A stretch of DNA of 63,123 nucleotides from an uncultured Gammaproteobacteria bacterium (GCA_964569045.1 CAZMSR010000006.1:1-63123); one strand, 5' to 3'; shown: positions 1 to 9,365, numbered from the stretch's first letter. Notes: generated by a model not told the origin, from the sequence alone. Made by a program: numbers and translations.

Positions 1-67
1 AATCTGTCGTTATTTTAACCTAAAAACGGTTCATTATTTCCAGGACTTGACAGTTTGTGTTTAAAGT

Positions 68-2434
68 TTATTTTAATTTTTTTTCAAATTTTTCAATTTC
101 ATTAGTAGTTTTTATAATTGTGTCTGGGATAAGTGAAATACTATCAATACCTGAAGTGACTAAGAATTTAGCAAATTCAGGGTAATCACTAGGTGCTTGT
201 CCGCAAATACCAATTTTAGTTTTAGTTGATTTTGCTATTTTTATTACTTCTTTGATTAATTTTTTAACAGCTAAATTATTTTCATCATATACATGGTTTA
301 CTATAGATGAATCTCTGTCTACGCCTAATGTTAGCTGTGTTAAATCATTTGAGCCAATTGAAAAACCGTCAAATAATTTAGCAAATTCTTTGGCCAAGAT
401 TATATTTGATGGAATTTCAATCATGCAATATAGTTCTAGTTTATCTTTGCCTCTTTTTAGGCCATAGCGCTCCATTAATTTTATGACTTTTTTTGCTTCT
501 TCTATTGTTCGAACAAATGGAAGCATGATTTTTAAATTAGTTAAGCCAATTTCTGAACGTACTTTTTTTAGTGCTTTACACTCTAATTCAAAAGCTTTGA
601 TAAAATTTTTGTCATAGTATCTAGACGCACCGCGCCACCCAATCATTGGGTTTTCTTCTTTTGGTTCAAAAAGTGTGCCGCCTATTAATCCGGCATACTC
701 ATTTGTTTTAAAATCAGATAATCTTAAGATTACATCTTTTGGGTAAAAGCTAGCTGCAATAATTCCCACTCCTTCAGCAAGTTTGTTAATAAAGAAATCT
801 TTTTTGTCTTTGTATCCGAGAGTTAAGTTATTGATTTGCGATTTTAATTTTTTATCTTTTAGTTTATTAAAATTTATAAGGGCAAGGGGATGAATCCGAA
901 TGTGATTTGCTTGAATGAATTCTTCTCTAGCTAGTCCCACACCGTCACAAGGAATAAAGGAAGATGAGAATGCTAAATCAGGATTACCTAAGTTCATCAT
1001 TATTTTAGTTTTAGGTTTTTTGATCTTAGCAATACTTGTTTTTTTTATTTTGTATTTTAATATGCCACTGTAAACATATCCATCCTCTCCTTCGGCACAA
1101 CTGGCAGTAATAGCCTCACCTTGTTTTATTATTTTTGATGAATTTTGCGTACCCACTATACAGGGAATACCAAGTTCACGTGACACTATGGCAGCATGGC
1201 AGGTTCGTCCGCCTTTGTCAGTTACTATAGCACTAGCTATTTTCATAATCGGTTCCCAATCAGGGTCAGTCATGTCTGTCACTAGTACTTGGTCTTTTTT
1301 AAATTTAGAAATATCAGCAACGCCCATGATTTTATTAGCTTGCCCAGCGCCAATTTTACTACCGACACTTTGACCTTGAGTTAAAATGTGACCCTTTTTT
1401 TCTAATTTATATTCTTCTATTACGTTTAAATTTCTTATGGAGTGAACAGTTTCCGGTCGGGCTTGAATTATGAAAAGTTCTTTAGTTATGCCATCAAGCG
1501 CCCATTCTATATCCATTGGCCTGTTGTAGTGTTTTTCTATTATCATTCCCCAATCAGCAAGCTTAATAATTTGAGTGTCTGTGATAGATTGTTTTATTGC
1601 GTCTTTTTTACTTATTTTAATGTCTTTGACAGGCTTATTCTTGTTTTTTGTGTAGACCATTCTTAACCGTTTTGTGCCGATTTTTTTTGAAAGAATTTTT
1701 TTTGTGGGCTTAAATACATAGAATTCATCTGGATTTATTTTTCCTTGAACTATATTTTCTCCTAGTCCGTAAATTGAATTAATTAATACTGCATTTTGAA
1801 AGCCGGATTCAGTGTCAATAGTAAACATAACTCCTGAGCTTCCTTTGTCAGCTCTTATCATTTTTTGAACGCCTACAGAAAGAGCTACGTCAAAATGATT
1901 AAATCCTTTATCAACTCGATAAGATATTGCTCTATTTGTAAATAGAGAGGCAATGCATTTTTTTGTTGCTTTAAGCAAGTGTTCTTCGCCGCGAATATTT
2001 AGAAATGTTTCTTGTTGACCGGCAAAAGAAGCGTCAGGCAAATCTTCAGCAGTTGCGGAGCTTCTTACTGCTACGTCCATATGTCTTACGCCATGCTTAC
2101 TAGTTAGTTTTTGATAGGCTCTTTTTATTTGATTTTCTAGTTCTTTTGGGAATTTAGCTTTTAGAATTGTGTCACGTACTAACTTGCCTTGCTTGGCTAA
2201 ATCACGAACATTATGAGTATTTAAGTTTTTTAAAATATTTTGAATTTTGTCTTCTATATTATTGTGTTTTAAGAAATATCTATAACTTTCAGCTGTTGTG
2301 GCAAAGCCATTTGGTACTTTTATTCCTTTTTTGTGTAATTTTGAATACATTTCACCTAAGCTAGCATTTTTACCACCTACTTTTGGAACATCGGTATAAT
2401 TAATTTCATTAAAAAATTTAATATATTTTTTCAT
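68..2434 (-). CDS. ppsA: phosphoenolpyruvate synthase (pyruvate, water dikinase)
   Basis: 788-aa ORF. ATP-grasp motif VGGKNASLGEM, phosphohistidine swivel motif GGRTCHAAIVSRELGIPCIVG, C-terminal PEP-utilizer motif IGSNDLTQLTLGVDRD. Confidence 0.9.
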   Translation of the reverse strand: MKKYIKFFNEINYTDVPKVGGKNASLGEMYSKLHKKGIKVPNGFATTAESYRYFLKHNNIEDKIQNILKNLNTHNVRDLAKQGKLVRDTILKAKFPKELENQIKRAYQKLTSKHGVRHMDVAVRSSATAEDLPDASFAGQQETFLNIRGEEHLLKATKKCIASLFTNRAISYRVDKGFNHFDVALSVGVQKMIRADKGSSGVMFTIDTESGFQNAVLINSIYGLGENIVQGKINPDEFYVFKPTKKILSKKIGTKRLRMVYTKNKNKPVKDIKISKKDAIKQSITDTQIIKLADWGMIIEKHYNRPMDIEWALDGITKELFIIQARPETVHSIRNLNVIEEYKLEKKGHILTQGQSVGSKIGAGQANKIMGVADISKFKKDQVLVTDMTDPDWEPIMKIASAIVTDKGGRTCHAAIVSRELGIPCIVGTQNSSKIIKQGEAITASCAEGEDGYVYSGILKYKIKKTSIAKIKKPKTKIMMNLGNPDLAFSSSFIPCDGVGLAREEFIQANHIRIHPLALINFNKLKDKKLKSQINNLTLGYKDKKDFFINKLAEGVGIIAASFYPKDVILRLSDFKTNEYAGLIGGTLFEPKEENPMIGWRGASRYYDKNFIKAFELECKALKKVRSEIGLTNLKIMLPFVRTIEEAKKVIKLMERYGLKRGKDKLELYCMIEIPSNIILAKEFAKLFDGFSIGSNDLTQLTLGVDRDSSIVNHVYDENNLAVKKLIKEVIKIAKSTKTKIGICGQAPSDYPEFAKFLVTSGIDSISLIPDTIIKTTNEIEKFEKKLK

Positions 2435-2461
2435 AATAAAAACTCAAAATTTGCTATTTTT

Positions 2462-3106
2462 TTAGAGATTGATTTTTTTGCTCCATTTATATATGTATGG
2501 AATTTCATACCATTCTCCTTTGCTTGCTTTTACAAAACCAATAATACTAGCAATTATTACGGCGAGTAATACGAATGGTATAAATGATAGTAAGCTAAGA
2601 AGAAACAATACTATTCCTTGTTTCACGTGGTGCCTTGTGTAGCTAGATTTTGGTCGAATAAGTAAAGGGATTAAAAAAAGTATGGATAAATAAGAAAAAG
2701 CTGCTATAGTGCTATTTTTTTCAGCGTCAGTTTTAGCGTTTGGCTTCTCTGTTATAAAATCACTTGCTTTATTAATTGCTTTAGATACTACTTTTTCAGC
2801 TACCACTGCTTCTTTTGCTACTATTTTAGCTGTTTTTTTAACTGTTTTGGCTGCTTTTTCTATATCTTTCTTATTTATTTTTTTGGAAATATTTTTTATT
2901 GTTTTTTTAATGTTAACTGTTTTGGTTTTTTTCTTTTTTGCTTGTTTTTTGCTTGTTGGTTTTGTAACTTTTTTTGTAGTTGCGGTTTTATTTTTTATTG
3001 TTGCTTTTTTGGGTGTTGTTTTAGAGATTCTGGTTTTGTTTGGAGATATTTTTTTTGATTTAGGAGACACCTTTGTCTTTGGAATTTTTGTTTTTTTTAG
3101 AGGCAT
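2462..3106 (-). CDS. membrane protein: Lys/Thr-rich low-complexity N-terminal half fused to a DUF4870-like transmembrane domain
   Basis: 214-aa ORF. The first ~130 aa are K/T/P-rich (KKTKIPKTKVSPKSKK...). The C-terminal part has hydrophobic helices with the SYLSILFLIPLL...HHVKQGIVLFLL pattern seen in DUF4870-type proteins. Confidence 0.6.
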   Translation of the reverse strand: MPLKKTKIPKTKVSPKSKKISPNKTRISKTTPKKATIKNKTATTKKVTKPTSKKQAKKKKTKTVNIKKTIKNISKKINKKDIEKAAKTVKKTAKIVAKEAVVAEKVVSKAINKASDFITEKPNAKTDAEKNSTIAAFSYLSILFLIPLLIRPKSSYTRHHVKQGIVLFLLSLLSFIPFVLLAVIIASIIGFVKASKGEWYEIPYIYKWSKKINL

Positions 3107-3445
3107 ATAATTGGGTTGGGGAAAACCCCTAAGTTAGAAATTATATTTTTATTATAACATATTTTTTATGCAAAAAAAATTATATGTATTGATATTTATG
3201 CTATGCAATAAGATAGTGTTTGTTAATTACATGCATTTTTATTAAGATACAAAATACTTATCCGGTTTAAAAAAAGAGTTAAAAAGGCGGTGGCAAGTAC
3301 CCCGTTTTGCGCCCCCACATAGATATCTTTCGAACTTTTAATTGGGTAAAAACTTTGCCCATTCCTAATTTGGTTATTAATGATTGTGGGTATTTGTGTG
3401 GGCTGGTTTGTTGATCCCGCTTAAATTAAGTGATAAATTTAAATT

Positions 3446-4295
3446 ATGAATAAACGTGTTTCCAAAAAAAATCATTGTTCAGGGATCAGAAATTGCCTTA
3501 TTAATGCAACCCAACAATAATGACTATGTTTCTTTGACTGACATGGCTAAAAAGTTTGGTGACGATGTTTTGATTTATCAATGGATGCGCAACAGAAATA
3601 CAGTCGAATTTTTAGGAATCTGAGAGCTTCTCAATAACCCAAATTTTAAAAGTATCGAATTCGAGACCTTTAAAAAAGAAGTAGGGATAAGTAGTTTTTT
3701 TCTCACTCCTAAAAAATGGGTTGAAGTAACAGGTGCTATTGGTGTTCTTTCTAAAGCAGGTAGGTACGGTGGGGGAACCTATGCTCATATTGATATTGCC
3801 CTTGAATTTGGCTCTTGGCTTTCAGCAGAATTTAAGCTTTATCTTATCAAAGAGTTTCAAAGACTTAAAATAAAAGAAAATGAAAAATTAGCCCTAGGCT
3901 GGGATGTTAAGCGAATATTAACTAAAATTAATTATCGCATTCATACAGATTCAGTCAAAACTTAATTAATTCCAAAGAAAATTTTAGAAAAACAAATTAA
4001 TATGATTTTTGCTAACGAAGCAGATTTGCTAAATATTGCTTTGTTTGGAATTAATGCCAAGGAATGGCGTAATAAAAATTCAGACAAAGCAGAGAATATT
4101 AGAGATTATGCCAATGTATCCTAATTAGTTTGTTTAGCTAATTTAGAAACATTAAATGCAGAATTTATTCGTCAAGGACTACAATCTTCTGAAAGATTGC
4201 TTAAATTAAACGAAATTGCAATAATACAGATGCAATCGTTACTAGGTAATTCAAATATAAAAAAATTTAAAGTGAAAATATGTTTAATTTTCTAA
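3446..4295 (+). pseudogene. KilA-N domain DNA-binding protein, disrupted
   Basis: The frame starting at 3471 reads IIVQGSEIALL..VSLTDMAKKF..YQWMRNRNTVEFLGI*ELLNNPNFK..GRYGGGTYAHIDIALEFGSWLSAEFKLYLIKEFQRLK..INYRIHTDSVKT*LIP..DYANVS*LVCLANLE. The ATG at 3446 is one base out of frame across an A8 run (3464-3471). In-frame stops: TGA 3621, TAA 3963, TAA 4122. Confidence 0.7.
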
Positions 4296-4432
4296 AATTT
4301 TGGAATAAAAGTGCTAAACAATATAACGAATATAGTGCTAAATACCCTCAATATATAAAGACAAATGAAAAATTAGTAGAGCTAGCTAATATTAAATCGA
4401 ATCAAATCATTGTTGATTTAGCTTGCGGTATT
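4280..4432 (+). pseudogene. 5' fragment of a class I SAM-dependent methyltransferase
   Basis: The first ~50 codons of ORF 4280..4549 (FWNKSAKQYNEY...NQIIVDLACG) resemble a methyltransferase N-terminus up to SAM motif I. The similarity then switches abruptly to recombinase sequence. Confidence 0.45.
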
Positions 4433-5313
4433 TGCCAGCTACTACAAAACCCTTTTTATTACGGTAAAATTCTTTGGCAAGGCAAAGTGTACGAGGGTAA
4501 GCATAAGCCTATTATCTCTAAAGACTTATTCGAACAAAGTTCAAATTAAACTTAAAAGGCAGATTCAAAACCCACAATTTAAAAAACATTTACCAATATT
4601 TAAAGCTAAAATTAAATGCGTTTAATGCAAAGGTGCTATAAACCTGGGAAAAACAAAAAGGTAACTGGTATGGGCATTGTAATAAATACAAACCTTGTTC
4701 ACAAAAAAAGTATATACGGCAAGAGAAAGTAGAAGAGCAAATTTTATCCATGCTAAGCGATTTAAGCCTAGGTGAAGATAGATTAACCGATTGGCTTAAA
4801 ACAGCCCTCAAGGCATCTCGCAAGGATAAAATAGATTACATAGAAGCCAAGCAAGCTTTACTTAGCAAAAGCTACAAGAAGTATGAAAAACGACTAGAGT
4901 TGACTTATGAAGATAAAATTGATGGGGTGATCACCAAGAAATTCTACAAACAAAAATTTGAAGAATACACTAATACTAAAAATGATATTTTAGAAGAGCT
5001 AAAAATCATTAATACTAATAGTGATAAATATTATGAGGCTAGCATAGCTATTTTAGACTTAATGGATAAAGCCGAAGAAATTTATCATAGCCCAAAAGCT
5101 ACCACAGAAGACAAGCGATTATTATTAAGCTATATTTTTTCGAACTTAAGCTTAAACCACGATAAAATCGAGGTTAAACACACTTTAGCTAGTGATTTTT
5201 TAATAAACTGGATACCGACTGTAAACCGCACTTTCGAACCAGTTAAAATAGGCATTAATAAAGCACAAAACACCTCTTTAGAGGGTGTTTGTCCAAGCGT
5301 GTGCCCCCAGTAG
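4433..5313 (+). pseudogene. large serine recombinase, C-terminal portion only, disrupted
   Basis: LLQNPFYYGKILWQGKVYEGKHKPIISKDLFEQ, then a frame change near 4537 to VQIKLKRQIQNPQFKKHLPIFKAKIKC. In-frame TAA at 4623 lies inside a CxxC. A frame change near 4641 leads to TWEKQKGNWYGHCNKYKPCSQKKYIRQEKVEEQIL (zinc ribbon), followed by the coiled-coil tail (ORF 4750..5313). No resolvase catalytic domain is present. Confidence 0.65.
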
Positions 5314-5374
5314 GATTTGAACCTACGACCTTACGCTTAAGAGGCGTCTGCTCTACCAACTAAGCTATAGGGGC
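5302..5374 (-). tRNA. tRNA-Lys (anticodon CTT)
   Basis: Minus strand gcccctatagcttagttggtagagcagacgcctcttaagcgtaaggtcgtaggttcaaatcctactgggggca folds as a cloverleaf. Acceptor gccccta/tgggggc, T arm gtagg-ttcaaat-cctac, anticodon loop ctCTTaa. No encoded CCA. Confidence 0.85.
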
Positions 5375-5454
5375 TATGTTTAATTATTGATGCGCAATTA
5401 TCAAGTAAGTGATTAATGGTTTCGTATTGATAATTAAATATTGTTTTTTTATTG

Positions 5455-5528
5455 TAGCGGCGAGAGGACTTGAACCTCTGACCTAAGGGTTATGATTCCT
5501 TCGCTCTAACCAACTGAGCTACGCCGCC
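5455..5528 (-). tRNA. tRNA-Met (anticodon CAT; Ile2/lysidine type not excluded)
   Basis: Minus strand ggcggcgtagctcagttggttagagcgaaggaatcataacccttaggtcagaggttcaagtcctctcgccgcta. D arm gctc/gagc, T arm agagg-ttcaagt-cctct, anticodon loop atCATaa. One A-C mismatch closes the anticodon stem. Confidence 0.8.
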
Positions 5529-5571
5529 ATATTTAAAACTTTTTTACAAAAAAAGTTCTTAATATTTCTTG

Positions 5572-5645
5572 TGTGCCCGGTAGGATTCGAACCCACGATC
5601 TTTTGGTCCGAAGCCAAACGCTTTATCCAGCTAAGCTACGGGCAC
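5572..5645 (-). tRNA. tRNA-Arg (anticodon TCG)
   Basis: Minus strand gtgcccgtagcttagctggataaagcgtttggcttcggaccaaaagatcgtgggttcgaatcctaccgggcaca. Anticodon stem tttgg/ccaaa with loop ctTCGga, T loop ttcgaat. Confidence 0.85.
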
Positions 5646-5710
5646 TAATTTATTTAATTTTTTATATTTAATCAATAATTAGGTTAAAAGTCAAATTGTC
5701 AATATCGTAC

Positions 5711-5742
5711 TTAGTGAAAAGATGTATATGTTGTGTGAGTAG
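5711..5742 (+). repeat. intergenic repeat family, copy A
   Basis: ttagtgaaaagatgtatatgttgtgtgagtag matches 45849-45881 at about 29 of 33 aligned positions. Confidence 0.6.
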
Positions 5743-5809
5743 GTATAGATTATTTGCAATGATTGTTTACAAGTTATTATATTTGTAGTTTCTACTGAGT
5801 GGTTACAAG

Positions 5810-6523
5810 TTATTTCCACTTTAGAGTTAGGTAATAATTATACCTGTCCTTATATATTTTTTCTATCTTTAATCCGGCTTTGTTTGTGATTTTTTTTAGA
5901 CTACGTTTTGTAAAAGCGTGGTAGTATCTTTTGCTTTTGGTTGCGTCTTTTTTTCTAGTCCAGTCAAAGGTTATGTCTCCCCAGTTCATTTTGTTTTTTC
6001 TAATAATCTTAAGTAAGCCAAATTTTATTATTAGTTGTCTGTATTTTGGCTTATTCCATAGCCTCCAAACTGATATGATTATTTTCCCGTTTTTGGTTAC
6101 TTTGTTTTTTAATTGCTTTAAGGCTTCGATTTGAAGGTTTGTTCCTGGAATGTGATGTAATACAGCAATAGCAAATACATAGTCAAAGTTTAGTTCTTTG
6201 ATTAAATTTAGTTCCTGAATTTTTCCAATGCAAAATTTTGTGTTAGGCAAGTTGCCGTAATTTTCTCTGGCTAGCTCTACTAGGTTTTGGCTTTGATCAA
6301 TGCCTAGGTATTTTGTTTTTTTATCTATTAATGCATCAATAATTCTTCCATTACCGCAACCTACGTCCATGACTTTTGCGCCGATTTTAATGTCTTTGGT
6401 GAGGTTTTTTAATTCTTGCCAAAGTTCTTTTTTGCGTGTTTCATTGAATTCTTGTGCAATGTTTTCGTAGTTTTTTTGAACAATGTCTAATAATTTTTTT
6501 TGGGTTTGTCTATTCATGCACAA
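5810..6523 (-). CDS. class I SAM-dependent methyltransferase
   Basis: 237-aa ORF with motif I VMDVGCGNGR and the post-I/II pattern (YLGIDQS, FDYVFAIAVLHHIP). Confidence 0.8.
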   Translation of the reverse strand: MCMNRQTQKKLLDIVQKNYENIAQEFNETRKKELWQELKNLTKDIKIGAKVMDVGCGNGRIIDALIDKKTKYLGIDQSQNLVELARENYGNLPNTKFCIGKIQELNLIKELNFDYVFAIAVLHHIPGTNLQIEALKQLKNKVTKNGKIIISVWRLWNKPKYRQLIIKFGLLKIIRKNKMNWGDITFDWTRKKDATKSKRYYHAFTKRSLKKITNKAGLKIEKIYKDRYNYYLTLKWK

Positions 6524-6538
6524 AGCAAGCTTATTTTT

Positions 6539-9091
6539 TTATGTCCATGTAATGCTAGCAATAGAATCATCAGCTTTTTTAAACCTCATCATTTTAACGC
6601 CTTGAGTATCACGACCGCTTTTAGGTACTCCTTTGAAAGGCATTCTAATAACTTGTCCGCCTGTTGAGATCATTATTACATCTTTGTCTAGCATTTTTTC
6701 AGAATTTACAATAAAGGCGTTTACTAAGGCCCCTGATTTAGAAGATATTTTAGCAGTTTTAATGCCTGATCCACCACGACCTTGTATTTTGTAGTCTTTG
6801 AGGCGAGTTCTTTTGCTTAGGCCTTTTGAAGTTACAGAAAATATTTCATATTTTTTCATTTTTTCTGGGTCAGTATTTATTATGCCCATGCCAACTACAT
6901 AGTCATCTTTTTTTAGTCTAATGCCTGTAACTCCGGCAGCAGTTCTTCCCATTGCTCGTACATCAGCTTCTGAAAATCTAATAGCTTGACCATTTGCAGT
7001 TACTAGAAGTACATTGTCATTATCGGCGCTTGGTTTTGACCAAATTAATTTATCGTCTTCTTTGATTTTTATGGCTACTAGTCCTGATCTTCGAACATTG
7101 CTAAATTCTTTTAGTTTTACTTTTTTTACTAGTCCTTTTTCTGTTGCAAAAAATAAATAGTTTTTATTATTAATTTTATCTAACGGTAGTATTGCGGTTA
7201 CTTTTTCACTTCCCGGTAGTTGTAAAAAATTTACTATTGCTTGCCCTTTAGCTGTTCTTGAAGTTTGAGGTATCTCATAGGCTTTTAGTTGGAATACTCT
7301 TCCTTTAGTTGTAAAGAATAGAATGTCAGTGTGAGTCATGGTTGTGAACATGAATTCAACAGTGTCTTCTTCTTTTGTGGAAAGACCCACAACTCCTTTG
7401 CCGCCTCTAGCTTGAACTTTGAATGTATCAGTCGGAAATCGTTTTATGTACCCGTCTCGTGTCATAATAATCATTGTTTCTTCGTTGGGTACAAGGTCTT
7501 CAACTGAAAAATCTTTTACTCCACGCGCCATTATTTGTGTTTTTCTGTCATCTCCGTATTTTTCATCTAGTTCTTTTAGTTCGTCTTTGATTATGCCTAA
7601 TATTTTTTCGCGTGAGGCTAAAATAGATTCTAGTTGTTTTATTAATTCTTTTTTCTCTTTGAGTTCGTTCTCGATACGCAATCTTTCTAGGTTTGCAAGA
7701 TTTTGCAAGCGCATTTCTAGAATTGCTATTGATTGAATTTCTGTTAATTTGAATTTTTTTATTAATCCGGTTTTTGCTTCTTCTTTGTCCTTTGATTTTT
7801 TAATCAACTCAATAACTGCGTCAATATTATTAAGTGCTATCATTAAGCCTTCAAGAATGTGCGCTCGGGCTTTTGCTTTGTCTAATTCAAACTCTGTTCT
7901 TCTTTTTATTACATCTATTCTGTGTTTTATGTATTCTTCTAGGATTGTTTTTAGATTAAGGACTTTTGGTTGTATTCCTCCTATTAATGCAAGCATGTTT
8001 ACGTGAAAGGTATCTTGCAACTGGGTGTGTTTATAGAGTGAATTTAGAACTTTTTTAGGATAAGCGTCTTTTTTAATATCTACTACAACTCTAACTCCTT
8101 CTTTGTCAGATTCATCTCTTAAGTCTCGAATTCCATCTATTTTTTTGTTTTTTACTAAATCAGCAATTTTTTCAACCATGTTTGCTTTGTTTACTTGAAA
8201 TGGTAGTTCAGTGATTATTATTTGGAATTTACCTTCTTTTTTTTCTACAATTTCGGCCTTTCCTCGGACTACAATACCACCTCTTCCCGTTGTGTAGGCT
8301 TGTAAAATATCTTTTTTATTAAAAATTATTCCTCCGGTAGGGAAGTCCGGTCCTTTGACATTTTCTACTAATTCTTCAATTTCGGCTTCTGGTTTATCTA
8401 TTAAGAGTGTGATTGCATTAATTAATTCTCTTAAGTTATGTGGAGGAATGTTTGTAGACATTCCAACGGCAATACCCATTGTTCCGTTTAGTAATAAGTT
8501 TGGTAGTTTGGCAGGTAGCGCTTTTGGTTCGTTGTGTGATCCATCAAAGTTGGGTGCAAAGTTAACTGTGTTTTTTTCAATGTCAAACAATAATTCTTCT
8601 GATATTTGAGTTAATTTGGCCTCTGTGTATCTATAAGCAGCAGCGCGATCTCCGTCCATGCTGCCAAAATTACCTTGACCTCTTACAAGCATGTATCTCA
8701 TAGAAAAGTCTTGCGCCATTCTTACCATAGAGTCATAAACCGAAGCGTCTCCATGCGGATGGTATTTTCCAAGTACTTCACCGACAATAGTAGCTGATTT
8801 TCTAAATTTGGCATTAGCTTTAAGGCCAATCGTCCACATAGCGTAGAGTATTCGTCTGTGAACCGGCTTTAATCCGTCCCTGACATCGGGCAAAGCTCTC
8901 ATGACTATAACGCTCATGGCGTAATCAAGATAACTAGTTTTCATTTCATCTGTAATAGCTAGCGGTTCGACAATGCCAAACTTTGTTACTCTTTTTTCAG
9001 TAACTATGTTTTTGTTTTCTTCTTTTTTTTCTAAAATTTTTCCTTCTTTAGGTTTTTCGTCTTTGTTTTTTTTGTTTTCGTTATCTGCCAT
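6539..9091 (-). CDS. gyrA: DNA gyrase subunit A
   Basis: 850-aa [17 protein letters not shown], active-site region [15 protein letters not shown]-like [21 protein letters not shown]-terminal beta-pinwheel repeats. Has a ~40-aa K/E-rich N-terminal extension. Confidence 0.95.
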   Translation of the reverse strand: MADNENKKNKDEKPKEGKILEKKEENKNIVTEKRVTKFGIVEPLAITDEMKTSYLDYAMSVIVMRALPDVRDGLKPVHRRILYAMWTIGLKANAKFRKSATIVGEVLGKYHPHGDASVYDSMVRMAQDFSMRYMLVRGQGNFGSMDGDRAAAYRYTEAKLTQISEELLFDIEKNTVNFAPNFDGSHNEPKALPAKLPNLLLNGTMGIAVGMSTNIPPHNLRELINAITLLIDKPEAEIEELVENVKGPDFPTGGIIFNKKDILQAYTTGRGGIVVRGKAEIVEKKEGKFQIIITELPFQVNKANMVEKIADLVKNKKIDGIRDLRDESDKEGVRVVVDIKKDAYPKKVLNSLYKHTQLQDTFHVNMLALIGGIQPKVLNLKTILEEYIKHRIDVIKRRTEFELDKAKARAHILEGLMIALNNIDAVIELIKKSKDKEEAKTGLIKKFKLTEIQSIAILEMRLQNLANLERLRIENELKEKKELIKQLESILASREKILGIIKDELKELDEKYGDDRKTQIMARGVKDFSVEDLVPNEETMIIMTRDGYIKRFPTDTFKVQARGGKGVVGLSTKEEDTVEFMFTTMTHTDILFFTTKGRVFQLKAYEIPQTSRTAKGQAIVNFLQLPGSEKVTAILPLDKINNKNYLFFATEKGLVKKVKLKEFSNVRRSGLVAIKIKEDDKLIWSKPSADNDNVLLVTANGQAIRFSEADVRAMGRTAAGVTGIRLKKDDYVVGMGIINTDPEKMKKYEIFSVTSKGLSKRTRLKDYKIQGRGGSGIKTAKISSKSGALVNAFIVNSEKMLDKDVIMISTGGQVIRMPFKGVPKSGRDTQGVKMMRFKKADDSIASITWT

Positions 9092-9102
9092 GTTTTTATT
9101 TT

Positions 9103-9315
9103 TTATTTTTTATTTAAAAATTCTGTCCCTAACTCAGCAAGTTCACTTACAAGATGATTTTCTTGTGCGTGTGCTGTTTGGTTAAAACTATTTTTTAGGT
9201 TAAGTGCCCAAACTCCAATTATTAGAATCATAAAAAAACCAACCAAGGTGTATAATTGTTTGTCTTTCTTTTCTTCGTCTTTATTTTTAATGATTTTTAT
9301 GGTTTTTTTGCGCAT
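9103..9315 (-). CDS. small hypothetical membrane protein
   Basis: 70-aa ORF just upstream of gyrA with one hydrophobic helix ([20 protein letters not shown]). No recognisable family. Confidence 0.35.
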   Translation of the reverse strand: MRKKTIKIIKNKDEEKKDKQLYTLVGFFMILIIGVWALNLKNSFNQTAHAQENHLVSELAELGTEFLNKK

Positions 9316-9325
9316 GGCTTTATTT

Positions 9326-9355
9326 TTGATTTTTTAAGCATATTAATAGTATAAT
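9326..9355 (+). promoter_or_regulatory. putative sigma70-type promoter of the glycan operon
   Basis: TTGATT (9326-9331), 18-nt spacer, TATAAT (9350-9355). The -10 element is only ~10 nt from ATG 9366, so the mRNA would have a very short leader or none. Confidence 0.35.
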
Positions 9356-9365
9356 TGTGAGAACT

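Larger units (their letters stand above)
3446..5313 (+). mobile_element. decayed integrative/prophage-like element remnant abutting tRNA-Lys
   Basis: Contains only disrupted genes of mobile-element type (KilA-N, large serine recombinase). The last recombinase codons run into the 3' end of tRNA-Lys. The element boundaries are not defined. Confidence 0.5.

Noticed and set aside
2709-3110. 133-aa plus-strand ORF overlapping the Lys-rich gene.
   Set aside because: It is the antisense shadow of AAA/AAG-rich coding sequence, giving a Phe/Leu-rich artefact. The minus-strand ORF has a coherent membrane domain.
3309-3345. tRNA-like fragment (tgcgcccccaca...tttcgaac resembles an acceptor end plus a T-loop image).
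   Set aside because: No complementary T stem or cloverleaf can be drawn, so at most it is a degenerate att-type remnant. It is reported only as a low-confidence idea in the findings.
3464-3471. The A8 run as a programmed ribosomal or transcriptional slippage site restoring the KilA-N frame.
   Set aside because: The gene has three further nonsense codons downstream, so slippage could not rescue a functional product.
4280-4549. 89-aa ORF as an intact small gene.
   Set aside because: Its sequence is a junction of two unrelated protein families (a methyltransferase N-terminus, then a recombinase internal segment). It is a deletion-fusion artefact.
4590-4823. 77-aa minus-strand ORF.
   Set aside because: It is antisense to the clearly recognisable recombinase zinc-ribbon reading frame and has no family features.
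7419-8609. Plus-strand ORFs of 84-105 aa inside gyrA (7419..7736, 7749..8006, 8355..8609). Similar antisense ORFs lie inside ppsA, infB, malic enzyme, glyA, pilM, the PilN-like gene, pilB and the last membrane gene (62437..62835).
   Set aside because: All lie antisense within well-supported conserved genes and show only low-complexity, Ser/Phe/Leu-rich composition typical of shadow ORFs.
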